This document shows, piece by piece, positions 11,485 to 22,029 of a DNA stretch of 44,772 bases. A program made the position numbers and the translations under genes. Origin of the DNA: Deltaproteobacteria bacterium (GTDB lineage Bacteria; Myxococcota_A; UBA9160; SMWR01); assembly GCA_032128375.1 (NCBI GenBank), contig JAQBGU010000132.1, forward strand, positions 1 through 44,772, written 5' to 3'. The notes below the pieces were generated by a model, which saw only the letters and a list, made by a program, of their open reading frames with translations, made no database searches and was not told the origin of the DNA. Each line of letters starts with the position of its first letter. Within the stretch, counting starts at the first letter, position 1.

Positions 11485-12465
11485 TCATTCGGTCTTCTCG
11501 AAAACTTCCGGGCCGAGCCGGCGGCGCAGGTCCGCCTCCATTTCTACCATGCCGGGTCCTGCATGCGCTCGCTTCAGCGCCGTCAGGTTGGGGTAGCCGG
11601 CGGCCGACTCGGCATCCCATTCGTCCGCAAAGGCCCCAGAGCGGATCTTCTCGACCGCTTCCTGCATAATCGTATCAAAGTCGAGTGCGTCGTAGCTGCC
11701 GCGTCGCGAGAGTTGCCCGTATTGACTCGCGGGTGAATGATACTCGAGCTGCCGAGTGAAACCTTCCTTTCGCAGCAGTCCGAACGTCCGCTCGACTTCG
11801 CCCGACAAGAACAACTCAGTGAGAATGGCCTCGAGTGGGATGCCCTGGCCGAGCATGACTTTGACAAAAGATGCGTTCACATGGGTCAGCGCCGGCGACA
11901 GGAGCTGCTCGACCGACAAGTCCAACACAGCCTCCTGGTGTGGTGTCAGTTCGATCGCACCTTCGCGGAGTCCACCGATGCCCTTCGCGATGGCGAGTGT
12001 CCGGGACATGGCATGTCCGGTCGCATCTCGGTGAACCCCAACGGCGGTGATGAATCCCGCCCCTTCGAGATAGCAGCGGCGAACTTCGGGGCCGAGCATG
12101 CGTGGGGCCAGCATGCCGACGTCGCCAGCCGGCGTATACCGATCGAACGCCAGCGTGTAACCACTGGCAACGATCGTCAGGCCATCGTCGGGTCGCTCGA
12201 GGCCGAGTAGCGGGATGATGTCGTCCGGAACGAGAATGCAGACAACATCCGCATCCCGAGCCTCGCGAACCTCGCCGATCGCAAAACCCTCCGACGCGGC
12301 GCGCTCCCGCGATGCGTCGGCGCGCGCGCAGACGCGCACCTCGAAGCCGGAATCTCTCAGGTTCAGCGCCCACGAGCGCCCTTGATTGCCGTAGCCCACG
12401 ACCGCGATCGATTGACCGTGCAATTGATCGAGGTCGCCGTCGCGCTCGTAGTAGATGGTGGCCAT
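11485..12465 (-). CDS. Ketol-acid reductoisomerase-like protein (divergent IlvC paralog)
   Basis: IYYERDGDL, AVVGYGNQG, ALNLRDSG, LVPD, EAVLDLSVEQ and SGAFADEW match class I KARI architecture; several active-site motifs diverge. Confidence 0.8.
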   Translation of the reverse strand: MATIYYERDGDLDQLHGQSIAVVGYGNQGRSWALNLRDSGFEVRVCARADASRERAASEGFAIGEVREARDADVVCILVPDDIIPLLGLERPDDGLTIVASGYTLAFDRYTPAGDVGMLAPRMLGPEVRRCYLEGAGFITAVGVHRDATGHAMSRTLAIAKGIGGLREGAIELTPHQEAVLDLSVEQLLSPALTHVNASFVKVMLGQGIPLEAILTELFLSGEVERTFGLLRKEGFTRQLEYHSPASQYGQLSRRGSYDALDFDTIMQEAVEKIRSGAFADEWDAESAAGYPNLTALKRAHAGPGMVEMEADLRRRLGPEVFEKTE

Positions 12466-12510
12466 GCTGTCGTTTCCCCTCTAGGTGGCACGGGGGATGC
12501 CGTGCCAGAA

Positions 12511-12550
12511 TTGACGTGATTGACGTTAATAGTACAAAATGTCAGTATAG
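12511..12550. promoter_or_regulatory. Candidate divergent promoter and TetR operator
   Basis: Two TTGACG hexamers (12511, 12520), AT-rich core, imperfect palindrome TGACgTT..AAtGTCA (12521-12544) between divergent genes. Confidence 0.5.
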
Positions 12551-12555
12551 GCTCA

Positions 12556-13203
12556 ATGGCTGCACTTCAGAAAATGGGTCCGCCGAATCATGCTGCAGCG
12601 AGATCCCCACGCGCAGAGGCGTCGCGCGAGCGGATTCTCGACGCGGCGGCGCGCTGCTTCGCAGAGGTCGGCTACCCACGTACCCGCTTCGAAGACGTCG
12701 CGAACCTCGCAGGGGTCTCGCGGGCGTTGGTCTACAACTACTTCGACAACAAGCCGAACCTGCTCGCCGAGGTTCGCGATCGGGCCCTGGCTGGCTGGCA
12801 ACGCAGCGTTGCGCCCGAGATCGCCCGCGCCGAGGGCGCCGCAGCCAAACTGCGCGCAATGATTCAACACACGTTGTTGTATGCCAGAACGCGTCCGCTG
12901 CTGCAGGCGATCCTCGCAGATGATGTCCGCGTCGCAGTTCTCGGTTCCGAATCGACAGCCCGCGGTGCCATCGATGCGTGGCGCGAACGGATCGCCGATA
13001 TCCTGCACAGCGGTGTCGCGAGTGGAGAGTTTCACCCGGATCTGGACGTTTCGCACAGTGCCGATGTCTTGCGCGCAATGCAGATGGGCGTGATCGACCG
13101 GATGCACCGGCCCGACGGCCCCATCGACGTCTCGACTGAGCCGCACGTCGCCGCGATGGTGGCGATCGCACTGCGCGGCGTCACCCGCGAACCATCGGCC
13201 TAG
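12556..13203 (+). CDS. TetR/AcrR family transcriptional regulator
   Basis: RERILDAAARCFAEVGY..T..EDVA..AGVSRALVYNYF.NK helix-turn-helix. Confidence 0.93.
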   Translation: MAALQKMGPPNHAAARSPRAEASRERILDAAARCFAEVGYPRTRFEDVANLAGVSRALVYNYFDNKPNLLAEVRDRALAGWQRSVAPEIARAEGAAAKLRAMIQHTLLYARTRPLLQAILADDVRVAVLGSESTARGAIDAWRERIADILHSGVASGEFHPDLDVSHSADVLRAMQMGVIDRMHRPDGPIDVSTEPHVAAMVAIALRGVTREPSA

Positions 13204-13224
13204 ACCGCGTCGCACGTCGGGTCT

Positions 13225-13890
13225 TCAGCTTTCCGCAGAATCTCCGCAGCTCGCGACACCCACCGGACAGCTCAGTCCGGTGCCACCGAGTCCACAGTAT
13301 CCGCCGGGATTCTTCGCGAGGAACTGCTGGTGGTAATCCTCCGCAAAATAGAACTCCGGTGCGGGAGCGATCTCAGTCGTGATCGGGCCGTAGCCCGCCT
13401 CGGCCAGAACCTTCGCAAAGCTCACGCGTGAGGCTTCGGCCGCGCGGGCCTGATCGTCGGAAAACACGTAGATCCCCGATCGGTACTGGGTGCCGCGGTC
13501 GTTGCCCTGGCCCATTCCCTGGGTCGGATCATGGTCTTCCCAAAAAATCCGAAGCATCTCGGAGTAACTCGTCCTGGCCGGGTCGAAGATCACGCGAACC
13601 ACTTCGTTGTGCCCGGTGCGTCCGGAACACACCTCCTCGTAGCTCGGGTTCGGCGTGTGACCGGCCGCGTACCCGACTGCCGTGGCACACACCCCGGACG
13701 CTTCCCAATACTTGCGTTCGGCACCCCAGAAACACCCGAGCCCGAACATCGCGACCTCCAGGCCGTCCGTGTCGGGCTGCATCTGTGTACTGAGCACGAA
13801 GTGGGTGGCAGCCACAGGCATCTGCTGCTCACGCCCCGGTAGCGATTCCTCTTTGGTCGGGATTCTGGGCTCTCTATCGTAAAACTTCAT
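13225..13890 (-). CDS. msrA: Peptide-methionine (S)-S-oxide reductase
   Basis: [49 protein letters not shown]. Confidence 0.97.
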   Translation of the reverse strand: MKFYDREPRIPTKEESLPGREQQMPVAATHFVLSTQMQPDTDGLEVAMFGLGCFWGAERKYWEASGVCATAVGYAAGHTPNPSYEEVCSGRTGHNEVVRVIFDPARTSYSEMLRIFWEDHDPTQGMGQGNDRGTQYRSGIYVFSDDQARAAEASRVSFAKVLAEAGYGPITTEIAPAPEFYFAEDYHQQFLAKNPGGYCGLGGTGLSCPVGVASCGDSAES

Positions 13891-14020
13891 GGCACCTCCT
13901 CGCTGCCCTCTGAGCCACAGGATAGCGCGGCGCGCGCCGAACGCGGGGCCGTCGCGGCGACGTGGTAGAGTGATCGTTTCGCGTAGAAGCGAACGAGCGC
14001 GCACGATTCGAGGAACCCCC

Positions 14021-14938
14021 ATGTCGGAATTGCGAGAGATCACCCGAGGTCTGATGTTTCCCGAAGGCCCCATCGCGATGGACGATGGAAGCGTCATCCT
14101 GGTCGAGATCCGCCGCGGAACGCTGACTCGCGTTCATCCGGACGGCGCGCAGAAGATCATCGCCGAGACGGGCGGCGGCCCGAACGGAGCCGCCATCGGA
14201 CCCGACGGCAAGGTCTACGTCTGCAACAACGGCGGCTTCGAGTGGCACGACGTGGGCCCGTTGACGCTGCCGGGCCACCAGCCCGCGAACTACACCGGAG
14301 GGAGTATCCAGCGCGTCGACTTGAAGACTGGCGATGTCGAAACGCTGTACACCGAGTGCGCGGGCCACGCATTGAAAGGTCCAAACGATATCGTATTCGA
14401 CAGCCACGGTGGCTTCTGGTTCACCGACCACGGCAAGACCCGCGAACGCAACCGCGACACGACCGGGATCTACTACGCGAGCACCGACGGTTCGACGATC
14501 CGCGAAGTCATTTTTCCAGCAGACGCGCCGAACGGCATCGGGTTGTCGCCAGACGAGTCCCGGCTCTACGCCGCCGAGACCCACACAGGTCGGGTATTTG
14601 TGTGGAACCTGTCCGCACCCGGCCAGGTCGAGCCCAACCCCTGGTCCGCAAACGGCGGAACCCTGCTGGCCGGATTGCCGGGTATGCAGCTGCTCGATTC
14701 GCTGGCCATCGACGCCGAGGGAAACGTCTGCGTCGCCACGCTCGTCAATGGCGGCATCACGGTCATCTCGCCCGACGGTCAATCGATCGAACACCACCCG
14801 ATGCCAGATCCGCTGACGACGAACATCTGTTTTGGCGGGGCGGACCTGCGCACCGCGTTCATCACACTGTCGGCTACCGGCAGGCTGGTCGCGACACAGT
14901 GGGCAACGCCCGGATTGAAATTGGCATTCTGCGGCTGA
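14021..14938 (+). CDS. SMP-30/gluconolactonase/LRE family protein
   Basis: [35 protein letters not shown]. Confidence 0.92.
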   Translation: MSELREITRGLMFPEGPIAMDDGSVILVEIRRGTLTRVHPDGAQKIIAETGGGPNGAAIGPDGKVYVCNNGGFEWHDVGPLTLPGHQPANYTGGSIQRVDLKTGDVETLYTECAGHALKGPNDIVFDSHGGFWFTDHGKTRERNRDTTGIYYASTDGSTIREVIFPADAPNGIGLSPDESRLYAAETHTGRVFVWNLSAPGQVEPNPWSANGGTLLAGLPGMQLLDSLAIDAEGNVCVATLVNGGITVISPDGQSIEHHPMPDPLTTNICFGGADLRTAFITLSATGRLVATQWATPGLKLAFCG

Positions 14939-14962
14939 CCGCTGACTTTCGGTACGACTCTT

Positions 14963-15030
14963 TCATGCGCCAATCTGTCATGCACCAATCTCTCATGCAG
15001 CCATGTCTCTCATGCAGCCATATCTCTCAA
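14963..15030. repeat. Four 15-17-bp tandem repeats (TCATGCAcCAATCTC) between convergent genes
   Basis: tcatgcgccaatctg / tcatgcaccaatctc / tcatgcagccatgtctc / tcatgcagccatatctc. Confidence 0.8.
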
Positions 15031-15114
15031 CGATTCGAACTCACCAGCGAACATTTCGAGGGTTTCTTGTTCCGGGCGTGTCATCTCGCGCAACCGCCAG
15101 TTCACCCTCGTGCT

Positions 15115-16113
15115 TCACCTGTTCGCAGGCGGGTAGATGACCCTCCAATCCTGCTTCATGTCTACAACTGTCCAGCCCTTCGCTCCAGCTTCGTCGAGCC
15201 CCTTGTCCAAGCGGCCGATGCTGGAAATGCGGTCGTAAGCCCATTCGCGCTCGCCATCCGTGTGGTGAACGTAGAGGGCGAATCGTGGACCCTGTCCTGC
15301 GGCGGTCCATTGCAACATCTGCAAGTCACCGTCGGAGTTCCCGAATGCAGCGATCGGCCGACGGCCAATGTGCGAGTTGATGCCCACGGGTTTGTCGTCC
15401 TTGTCGTCAATGAAGTTCATCTCGGGCAGGCGCATGAGCACGGGCATGCCGTCGCGCATTTCAAACTGGGTCTTGATGCTGCTTCCGACGACCTGCTCGG
15501 GCGGGATGCCATAGACGGTCTCTGTCCATGGGCGCATGAACTCGATGCCGCCGCCGGAGACGATGAAAGTCTTGAAGCCGCTCGCGCGCAGGTATGCGAG
15601 AACCTCGAGCATCGGCTGATAGACCATCTGGGTGTAGAGCCGCTTCGTCGTGGGATGTTTCGCCGTAGCGACCCAGTCCTTCACGATCTTCTCGAACTCC
15701 TCGGTGGTCATGCCCGCGTGGGTCGCCATGACGATCTCGAGCATCGCGTGTTCACCGCCTGCCAGTGCGCCTTTCACGTCACCCTCGAGCAGCGAAGCGA
15801 AAGGTTCCTTGTCCTTCCATTCTGGATGCTGCGGTGCGAGCGACTTCACGCGGTCGAGCGCGAATGCGAGCTGGAAATACATCGGTTGTTCGGCCCAGAG
15901 CGTGCCGTCATTGTCGAACGTGGCGATGCGGTCCGCAGGCGGCACGAAGTTGGACGAGCCTTCTGTCGTCACCTTTGCGACGAAGTCGATGATGGACCGC
16001 TTGGCCTTGCCATCGTTCCAGGATGGAAGCGCGTCAGGGTTCTGGGCCGTCGCCAACGCAGAGCAGACCACGCTGAACCAGCAGGCCAGTAGCGTCAGCA
16101 GAGTTCTTTTCAT
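15115..16113 (-). CDS. Secreted HAD-family hydrolase (non-specific acid phosphatase-like)
   Basis: Signal peptide; LPSWNDG, FDNDGTLW (motif I), IVSGG, FGNSDGD. Confidence 0.9.
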   Translation of the reverse strand: MKRTLLTLLACWFSVVCSALATAQNPDALPSWNDGKAKRSIIDFVAKVTTEGSSNFVPPADRIATFDNDGTLWAEQPMYFQLAFALDRVKSLAPQHPEWKDKEPFASLLEGDVKGALAGGEHAMLEIVMATHAGMTTEEFEKIVKDWVATAKHPTTKRLYTQMVYQPMLEVLAYLRASGFKTFIVSGGGIEFMRPWTETVYGIPPEQVVGSSIKTQFEMRDGMPVLMRLPEMNFIDDKDDKPVGINSHIGRRPIAAFGNSDGDLQMLQWTAAGQGPRFALYVHHTDGEREWAYDRISSIGRLDKGLDEAGAKGWTVVDMKQDWRVIYPPANR

Positions 16114-16236
16114 TCGACGCTCTCCCAATTGGATAGTTCTGAGCGGGCTAACGCATGAGTCCGGCAGACCACACCCGCCAACTGGTTCATGACAGACCGA
16201 TTCGCTTCGCATGCGGTTGATGCGGGAATCGATAGG

Positions 16237-16650
16237 CTACCGGGGATTCTTCGCCATTCGTGGCAGATCGTCGGCGATGTATGCCCATGGCTGGGCGCTA
16301 TCGGTCCAGATGTTCATCGATGGGGACAGCCAGCTCGGGTCGTCGAGGCTTCCCGCCTTGATGACCAACAGGTTCGGGTTGGATCCCAGTACGCTGAACA
16401 GCGGTGATCCACAATCGGCGCAGAACTGGCGGGTGACGTCGTCGCCGCCTTGCGACTTTTTGGCGTACGAGCGAACCGCACCTTGGGTCACCACCAGCGC
16501 TGCTTTCGGAACCATCACCACGGTCGAACAGGGCCCGCCGGAAGCGTGCTGGCAATCCCGACAATGGCAGTACACGGTGGCCAACGGCTCGGCGCTGCAT
16601 GCGTAGCGGACCGCCCCGCACAGGCAGCCTCCGCAAAAGGGTGCGGGCAT
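16237..16650 (-). CDS. GFA (glutathione-dependent formaldehyde-activating / CENP-V-like) family protein
   Basis: GGCLCGAVRY, CHCRDCQ and FCADCGSPL zinc motifs. Confidence 0.93.
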   Translation of the reverse strand: MPAPFCGGCLCGAVRYACSAEPLATVYCHCRDCQHASGGPCSTVVMVPKAALVVTQGAVRSYAKKSQGGDDVTRQFCADCGSPLFSVLGSNPNLLVIKAGSLDDPSWLSPSMNIWTDSAQPWAYIADDLPRMAKNPR

Positions 16651-16670
16651 CTTCGTTCTCCTGGGTTGCG

Positions 16671-16780
16671 ATTGAGAGGTTGTGATTGAGAGGATGAGGT
16701 GGAGAGGATGAGGTGGAGAGGTTGAGGCTGAGAGCGTGATGTGGAGAGGCTGAGGGGGAGACTTTGGGAATTGAGAGGGC
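16671..16780. repeat. Purine-rich 14-bp degenerate tandem repeat, about 7-8 units
   Basis: attgagaggttgtg / attgagaggatgag / gtggagaggatgag / gtggagaggttgag / gctgagagcgtgat / gtggagaggctgag / ggggagactttggg. Confidence 0.8.
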
Positions 16781-16879
16781 CCTGGGGCAGAGCCTAGCGT
16801 TTCCTGGCGCGACGGTATCGCGCGCGTCCCTCCGCTAAGCTCGATGGCAACGTCTCATTTCATTGTTCACGAGGATTTC

Positions 16880-18289
16880 ATGTCTGATTTCACGATGACC
16901 ATCGACGGCCAATCGGTCGCGGGTGATAGCGGTCTCGGGGTCGTCAACCCGTCGACCGGAAGCGTATTCACCGAAGCACCCAACTGCTCGCCCGCGCAGC
17001 TCGACAGCGCAATGGCCGCAGCCGAGGCCGCATTCGGAACATGGCGGCTCGACGAGGATACGCGACGCGAAGCGCTGGTCGCCTGCGCAAACGCGCTGGC
17101 CGAACACGCCCCGGAACTCGGCGAAGTTCTGTGCCGTGAGCAGGGCAAGCCACTACCCAAGGCGATTGGCGAGATCATGGGCGCCTCGTTCTGGTTTCGC
17201 CACACCGCAACGCTCGAGATTCCGGTCGAAGTCCTCCAGGACAACGATGACGGACGCGTCGAAGTGCGACGTAGACCGTTTGGTGTTGTAGGCGCGATCA
17301 CGCCGTGGAACTTCCCGATCATGCTCGCCACCTGGAAGATCGCACCGGCGTTGCTCACCGGAAACACGATGGTTCTCAAACCGTCGCCGTACACACCATT
17401 GTCGACGTTGAAGCTGGGCGAGACCTTGCGGGAAGTGCTGCCGCCCGGTGTATTCAACGTCGTGTCTGGAGGCGACGAACTCGGCGCCTGGATCACAACA
17501 CACCCGACAGTCCGAAAAATTTCGTTCACCGGCTCGATCGCAACCGGCAAGCGGGTCGCAGCCGCAGCCGCGCCCGACCTCAAACGCGTTACGCTCGAAC
17601 TGGGCGGCAACGACGCAGCCATCGTGCTCGACGATGTCCAGCCAGAAGCGATCGCGGAGAAGCTCTTCTGGGGGGCGTTCGAAAACAGTGGCCAGATCTG
17701 CAGCGCGATCAAGCGCGTGTACGCTCCCAGGGACCGCTACCGGCAGCTCGTCGACCAGTTGGCGGAGATCGCGCGAAGCGTGTCGATGGGCGACGGCTTC
17801 GCCGCCGGGGTGCAGCTCGGACCGATCAACAACAGACCGCAATTCGAACGAGTCTGCGAGTTGGTGGAAGACGCCAAGCGCCAGGGGGCCACGATGGCTG
17901 CCGGGGGTAACGCGCGCGAAGGCGACGGCTTCTTTTTCGCGCCGACGATCGTCGCCGATATCGCCGACGGAACGCGCCTCGTAGACGAAGAGCAATTCGG
18001 CCCGGTGCTGCCGATCATCGCATACGACCGGGTCGAAGACGCAATCGCGAGCGCGAACGGCACCCACTTCGGGTTGAGTGGCTCGGTCTGGTCGCACGAT
18101 CTCGAGCGCGCCACCGAGATCGGCAGCCAACTCGAATGCGGAACGGCCTGGATCAATCAACATCTCGCTTTCCTGCCCAACGCGCCGTTCGGGGGCGCCA
18201 AGTGGTCCGGGATCGGTGTCGAAAACGGTCATTGGGGACTGACGAGCTTTACCGAACTGCAGACCATCAACGCGACGAAGCTTGCGTGA
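16880..18289 (+). CDS. Aldehyde dehydrogenase family protein
   Basis: ITPWNFP, LKPS, FTGS, LELGGND, GQICSA (catalytic Cys), EEQFGP; GAGGA RBS before ATG 16880. Confidence 0.95.
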   Translation: MSDFTMTIDGQSVAGDSGLGVVNPSTGSVFTEAPNCSPAQLDSAMAAAEAAFGTWRLDEDTRREALVACANALAEHAPELGEVLCREQGKPLPKAIGEIMGASFWFRHTATLEIPVEVLQDNDDGRVEVRRRPFGVVGAITPWNFPIMLATWKIAPALLTGNTMVLKPSPYTPLSTLKLGETLREVLPPGVFNVVSGGDELGAWITTHPTVRKISFTGSIATGKRVAAAAAPDLKRVTLELGGNDAAIVLDDVQPEAIAEKLFWGAFENSGQICSAIKRVYAPRDRYRQLVDQLAEIARSVSMGDGFAAGVQLGPINNRPQFERVCELVEDAKRQGATMAAGGNAREGDGFFFAPTIVADIADGTRLVDEEQFGPVLPIIAYDRVEDAIASANGTHFGLSGSVWSHDLERATEIGSQLECGTAWINQHLAFLPNAPFGGAKWSGIGVENGHWGLTSFTELQTINATKLA

Positions 18290-18347
18290 CAACTTGACGA
18301 ACTTGTAACGGGGCGGATTTGTCGCCCTCGCTGAGAACGGAGGTCGC

Positions 18348-19124
18348 GTGTCGTATCAGGAGATCGTCTACGAAACCGATGGTGACGTTGGGATCATTCG
18401 GCTCGATCGTCCGAAGGCCCGAAACGCGCTGACCTACTTGACCTACCAGGAGCTGGAGGACGCGGTACGCGATACGAATGCGCGCTGCCTGGTGATCACC
18501 GGTGAGGACCCGGCATTCTGTTCGGGCGACGATGTCAAGCAGATCATGGCCAGTGAAGCCGGCCCTCCGATCGAATCACTGCAACGCGACCCGCGTCTCA
18601 CGCCCGCCGCAGATGCATTGTTGACCACCGATGTGCCGGTGGTCGCAGCAGTCAATGGCGCGGCAGTCGGTTGGGGAATGGAGCTGGCGTTGATGGCGGA
18701 CATCCGTGTCGCTTCCGAGCGCGCGCGTTTCGGTGAGTTGTTCGTGCTGCGCGGGTTGTGTTGCGACGTCCCCGGGCTCGGTCGCCTCGCGCAGTTGATC
18801 GGACGCGAGAAGGCGGCGGAAATGTTGATGACCGGTGACGTGATCGATGCCGCTGAAGCGTTGCGCATCGGCTTGGTATCGCGCGTCGCCGCTCACGACG
18901 TGCTGATGGACACGGCGCTCGGTCTTGCGCGGCGGATCGCTGCCAACCCGCCACTCGCCGTGGCGCGAATCAAACAGGGGCTGCGCGAGGCCCTCGACCC
19001 GGATTGGAATGCGCTGGGCGAATGGGTCTCGCGGTCGCTTGGGGCGCTGTTTCAAACCGAAGACCACAAAGAGGGCGTCCGTTCCTTCCTTGAGAAACGC
19101 CCCGCGCGCTATGTGGGCCGATAG
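18348..19124 (+). CDS. Enoyl-CoA hydratase/isomerase (crotonase) family protein
   Basis: FCSGDD, PVVAAVNGAAVGWG, DIRVAS, EDHKEGVRSFLEKR; GGAGG RBS before GTG. Confidence 0.93.
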   Translation: MSYQEIVYETDGDVGIIRLDRPKARNALTYLTYQELEDAVRDTNARCLVITGEDPAFCSGDDVKQIMASEAGPPIESLQRDPRLTPAADALLTTDVPVVAAVNGAAVGWGMELALMADIRVASERARFGELFVLRGLCCDVPGLGRLAQLIGREKAAEMLMTGDVIDAAEALRIGLVSRVAAHDVLMDTALGLARRIAANPPLAVARIKQGLREALDPDWNALGEWVSRSLGALFQTEDHKEGVRSFLEKRPARYVGR

Positions 19125-19153
19125 CCCGAACGGGCTGCAGGGTCGATCATTCG

Positions 19154-19549
19154 ATGGCAACAAAGGATCACTTCGCTCAGATCCTCACTCGCGTCTGCGC
19201 CGAACACGGCTGGGAATTCACACCGGCCGGCGTGCGAGTCCGCTTCGCGAGCGGCCGGCAGCAGATGGTCGAAATCGGATTCTTCGCGTTCCAGAAAGAG
19301 GAACTCGTCCGATTGCACACGACCATCGGAAGAATCGAAGAACTCGACCCGGTGCGCCTCATCGTCGCACTGCGCATCAACGCGGAACTCGCGCACGGCG
19401 CGCTGGCCGTGATGGACGAGGACCTCGTGATGACTGACACCCTGATGTTGGATGACGCGGGCTTCGCAGAAATCGAGGCGTCGATCAGATTTCTCGCTGA
19501 GACCGCAGACGACTACGAACAGACCTTGTTCGGCACCGATCAGTATTGA
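19154..19549 (+). CDS. YbjN / T3SS-chaperone-fold small acidic protein
   Basis: 131 aa, acidic; ALRINAELAHGALAV...ADDYEQTLFGTDQY pattern typical of this fold. Confidence 0.6.
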   Translation: MATKDHFAQILTRVCAEHGWEFTPAGVRVRFASGRQQMVEIGFFAFQKEELVRLHTTIGRIEELDPVRLIVALRINAELAHGALAVMDEDLVMTDTLMLDDAGFAEIEASIRFLAETADDYEQTLFGTDQY

Positions 19550-19580
19550 AAGCCCGTACTGACTACCGGGTAGGCGCGCT

Positions 19581-19901
19581 TCAGTTCGTCGGGCTGGCTT
19601 CCGATCGGTTGTCTGCGCCGAAAGAAACCAGTGTGTGCCACAGGCTCACCAGCAGCCCGCCGCCGAACAACACGCACAGGAAACCGAAGGCAACCAACGC
19701 AAACACGTTGTCCGAAGCCTGGGCTTTCATCGCGAGCGAGATGAACAATGTCACGAGTCCCAGATACATCGCGGTTGCACTGAGCCACTCCACGATGGCC
19801 CGTTTCGGACCCGGTGCGGCGAATGTGCAGATCAACCAACCCACAAAAACGATTGCCCCCGATCCGATCCATAGGATCTGGTACGCACTCAACTCTGACA
19901 C
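19581..19901 (-). CDS. Hypothetical membrane protein (3 predicted TM helices)
   Basis: Three hydrophobic segments; GGGGAAG RBS-like sequence before GTG; lies downstream of tkt on the same strand. Confidence 0.65.
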   Translation of the reverse strand: MSELSAYQILWIGSGAIVFVGWLICTFAAPGPKRAIVEWLSATAMYLGLVTLFISLAMKAQASDNVFALVAFGFLCVLFGGGLLVSLWHTLVSFGADNRSEASPTN

Positions 19902-20001
19902 TCGCTTCCCCCTGGCGCCGAATTTCTCACGCGCTGGACGATCGCGTTATTCGACAGTCCTATTTCGACTGTACCTGATTCGACCCAAGGCGGGGCGGAA
20001 C

Positions 20002-22029
20002 TCAAACTCCCAAAAGCTCGCGCACCCGAACGCGAAGTTTCTCAGCCGTGAACCCATATTCCTCGGCCAGGTCTGAGAAGGGGGCAGAGCTACCGAACCG
20101 ATCGATGCCGTAGATCAATCCGTTTCGGCCAATCAGCCGTCTGAGGCTCTCTGCACTGCTCGCCTCTACCGCGACCACCGGCGTATCGTCACAGAACAAT
20201 TCCGCACGGTAGTCTTTGGATTGCGCCAATAGCAGCTCCACCGACGGCACCGAGACGACCTTCGTTGCGATTCCCTCCGCAGCGAGCTGCTCGGCCGCGT
20301 CGCAGGCCAACCCCACCTCCGAGCCGGTTGCAGCCAGCACCACCTGGGTATCCGCACCCGGATCCACGATCGCGTAGCCCCCGCAGAAGACATCGGCGTT
20401 CGTAAACGATGCCGGCCGCGAAAGCGCTGGAGTCGTCTGCCGGCTGAGCGCCAACAATACGGGACCATCGCGGTGCTCGGCGATCCAGGCCCAGGCCATT
20501 GCGGTCTCGATCCCGTCTGCCGGCCGAAACACGGTGAGCCCGGGAATTGCGCGCAACGAATCGAGCTGCTCGATGGGTTGGTGTGTGGGGCCGTCTTCGC
20601 CCAGGAAGATCGAGTCGTGCGTAAACACGAAGGTCGTTGGAATACGCATCAGCGCGGACAGCCGAATCGCCGGCCTCATGTAGTCACTGAAGATCAGGAA
20701 GGTTCCACAATAGGGGCGCAACGTTCCATCGAGCGCGATGCCGTTGGCGATCGCGCCCATCGCGTGTTCGCGAATCCCGAAGTGGATGTTCGTGCCCGCG
20801 AACGGATCTCCGTCACCCGATGCGGGACCGACGATTCCACGTTCCTTCAAGATCGGCGGTGCCGCGGAGCCGGCGAGGTCTGCCGATCCACCGACAAAAT
20901 ACGGGGCAGCATTCTCGAGCCGCTCGAGCACCACCGCAGCGTGCTTGCGTGTTGGGTTCGCGACATCGGCGAGGCCCGCGGTCAACGTGGCCACGAGGTC
21001 CTCGGGCAAGCGGCCCTCCCGCGCAGACACCCACGCCGCGGCCAGCGACGGATTGACAGTGCGCCACTGCTCGAATCGCTGGTCGAAGGCCGCGCGGTCC
21101 GCCCGTTTCGCATCGCTGCGCCGTTTCAGGTAGTCGCTCACGTCGTGAGGAATCAAAAAGGTCGGCTCGAGCGGCCAACCCATGGCTTCTTTGGTGGCCC
21201 TGACCTCGTCGGCGCCAAGTTTTTCACCGTGTGCCTGGCTCGTGCCGGCGCGCCCCGGGCTGCCGAAGCCGATCGTTGTCTTCGCAATGATGAGCGAGGG
21301 CCGCTCAGGTTCCTCACGTGCTGCCAGCAATGCCCGATTCAAGCCCTCGAAATCTCGGTCGCCATCAACGGCCTGAACGTGCCATCGCTGGGCCTCGAAG
21401 CGGCGCGCGACATCTTCGCTGAAGCTGACCGAGGTCGGCCCATCGATCGTGATCTTGTTGTCATCGTAGAGATAGATCAGGTTTCCCAGGCCCAAATGGC
21501 CCGCGAGCGACCCGGCTTCTGCAGAGATTCCCTCCATCAGGTCCCCGTCGCTGACGATTCCGTACACGAAGTGGTTCCCCGGGCCCTCCCCACCGACCGA
21601 ATACCGCGCGCGCGTCATGCGTCCGGCCAGTGCCATTCCGACGCCGTGAGCGAAACCCTGGCCGAGCGGTCCAGTGGTCAGCTCCACACCGGGCGTGTTC
21701 CCATATTCGGGGTGGCCCGGGGTCTTCGATCCGAGCGTGCGGAAACTGCGAAGATCGTCGAGGGACAGGTCGAACCCGTACAGATGAAGCAGCGAATACA
21801 AGAGCATCGACGCGTGTCCGTTGGACAGCACGAAACGATCGCGTCCGACCCATTTGGGGTCCGAGGGGTCGAATCGCAGATGCCCGTCCCAAAGTTCGAA
21901 CGCGACACGCGCGAGGCCCATCGGTGCGCCTGGATGACCGCAGCCGGCTCTTTCTACCGCATCGACGGCCAGGAATCGGATCGTGTTTTCGACGCGCTCG
22001 CGGATTGCGAGATCGAGGCCAGTAGACAT
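20002..22029 (-). CDS. tkt: Transketolase
   Basis: [61 protein letters not shown]. Confidence 0.97.
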   Translation of the reverse strand: MSTGLDLAIRERVENTIRFLAVDAVERAGCGHPGAPMGLARVAFELWDGHLRFDPSDPKWVGRDRFVLSNGHASMLLYSLLHLYGFDLSLDDLRSFRTLGSKTPGHPEYGNTPGVELTTGPLGQGFAHGVGMALAGRMTRARYSVGGEGPGNHFVYGIVSDGDLMEGISAEAGSLAGHLGLGNLIYLYDDNKITIDGPTSVSFSEDVARRFEAQRWHVQAVDGDRDFEGLNRALLAAREEPERPSLIIAKTTIGFGSPGRAGTSQAHGEKLGADEVRATKEAMGWPLEPTFLIPHDVSDYLKRRSDAKRADRAAFDQRFEQWRTVNPSLAAAWVSAREGRLPEDLVATLTAGLADVANPTRKHAAVVLERLENAAPYFVGGSADLAGSAAPPILKERGIVGPASGDGDPFAGTNIHFGIREHAMGAIANGIALDGTLRPYCGTFLIFSDYMRPAIRLSALMRIPTTFVFTHDSIFLGEDGPTHQPIEQLDSLRAIPGLTVFRPADGIETAMAWAWIAEHRDGPVLLALSRQTTPALSRPASFTNADVFCGGYAIVDPGADTQVVLAATGSEVGLACDAAEQLAAEGIATKVVSVPSVELLLAQSKDYRAELFCDDTPVVAVEASSAESLRRLIGRNGLIYGIDRFGSSAPFSDLAEEYGFTAEKLRVRVRELLGV

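Noticed and set aside
14242..16092. 616-aa plus-strand ORF
   Set aside because: Off-frame over the lactonase and antisense to the HAD gene; Arg-rich shadow translation
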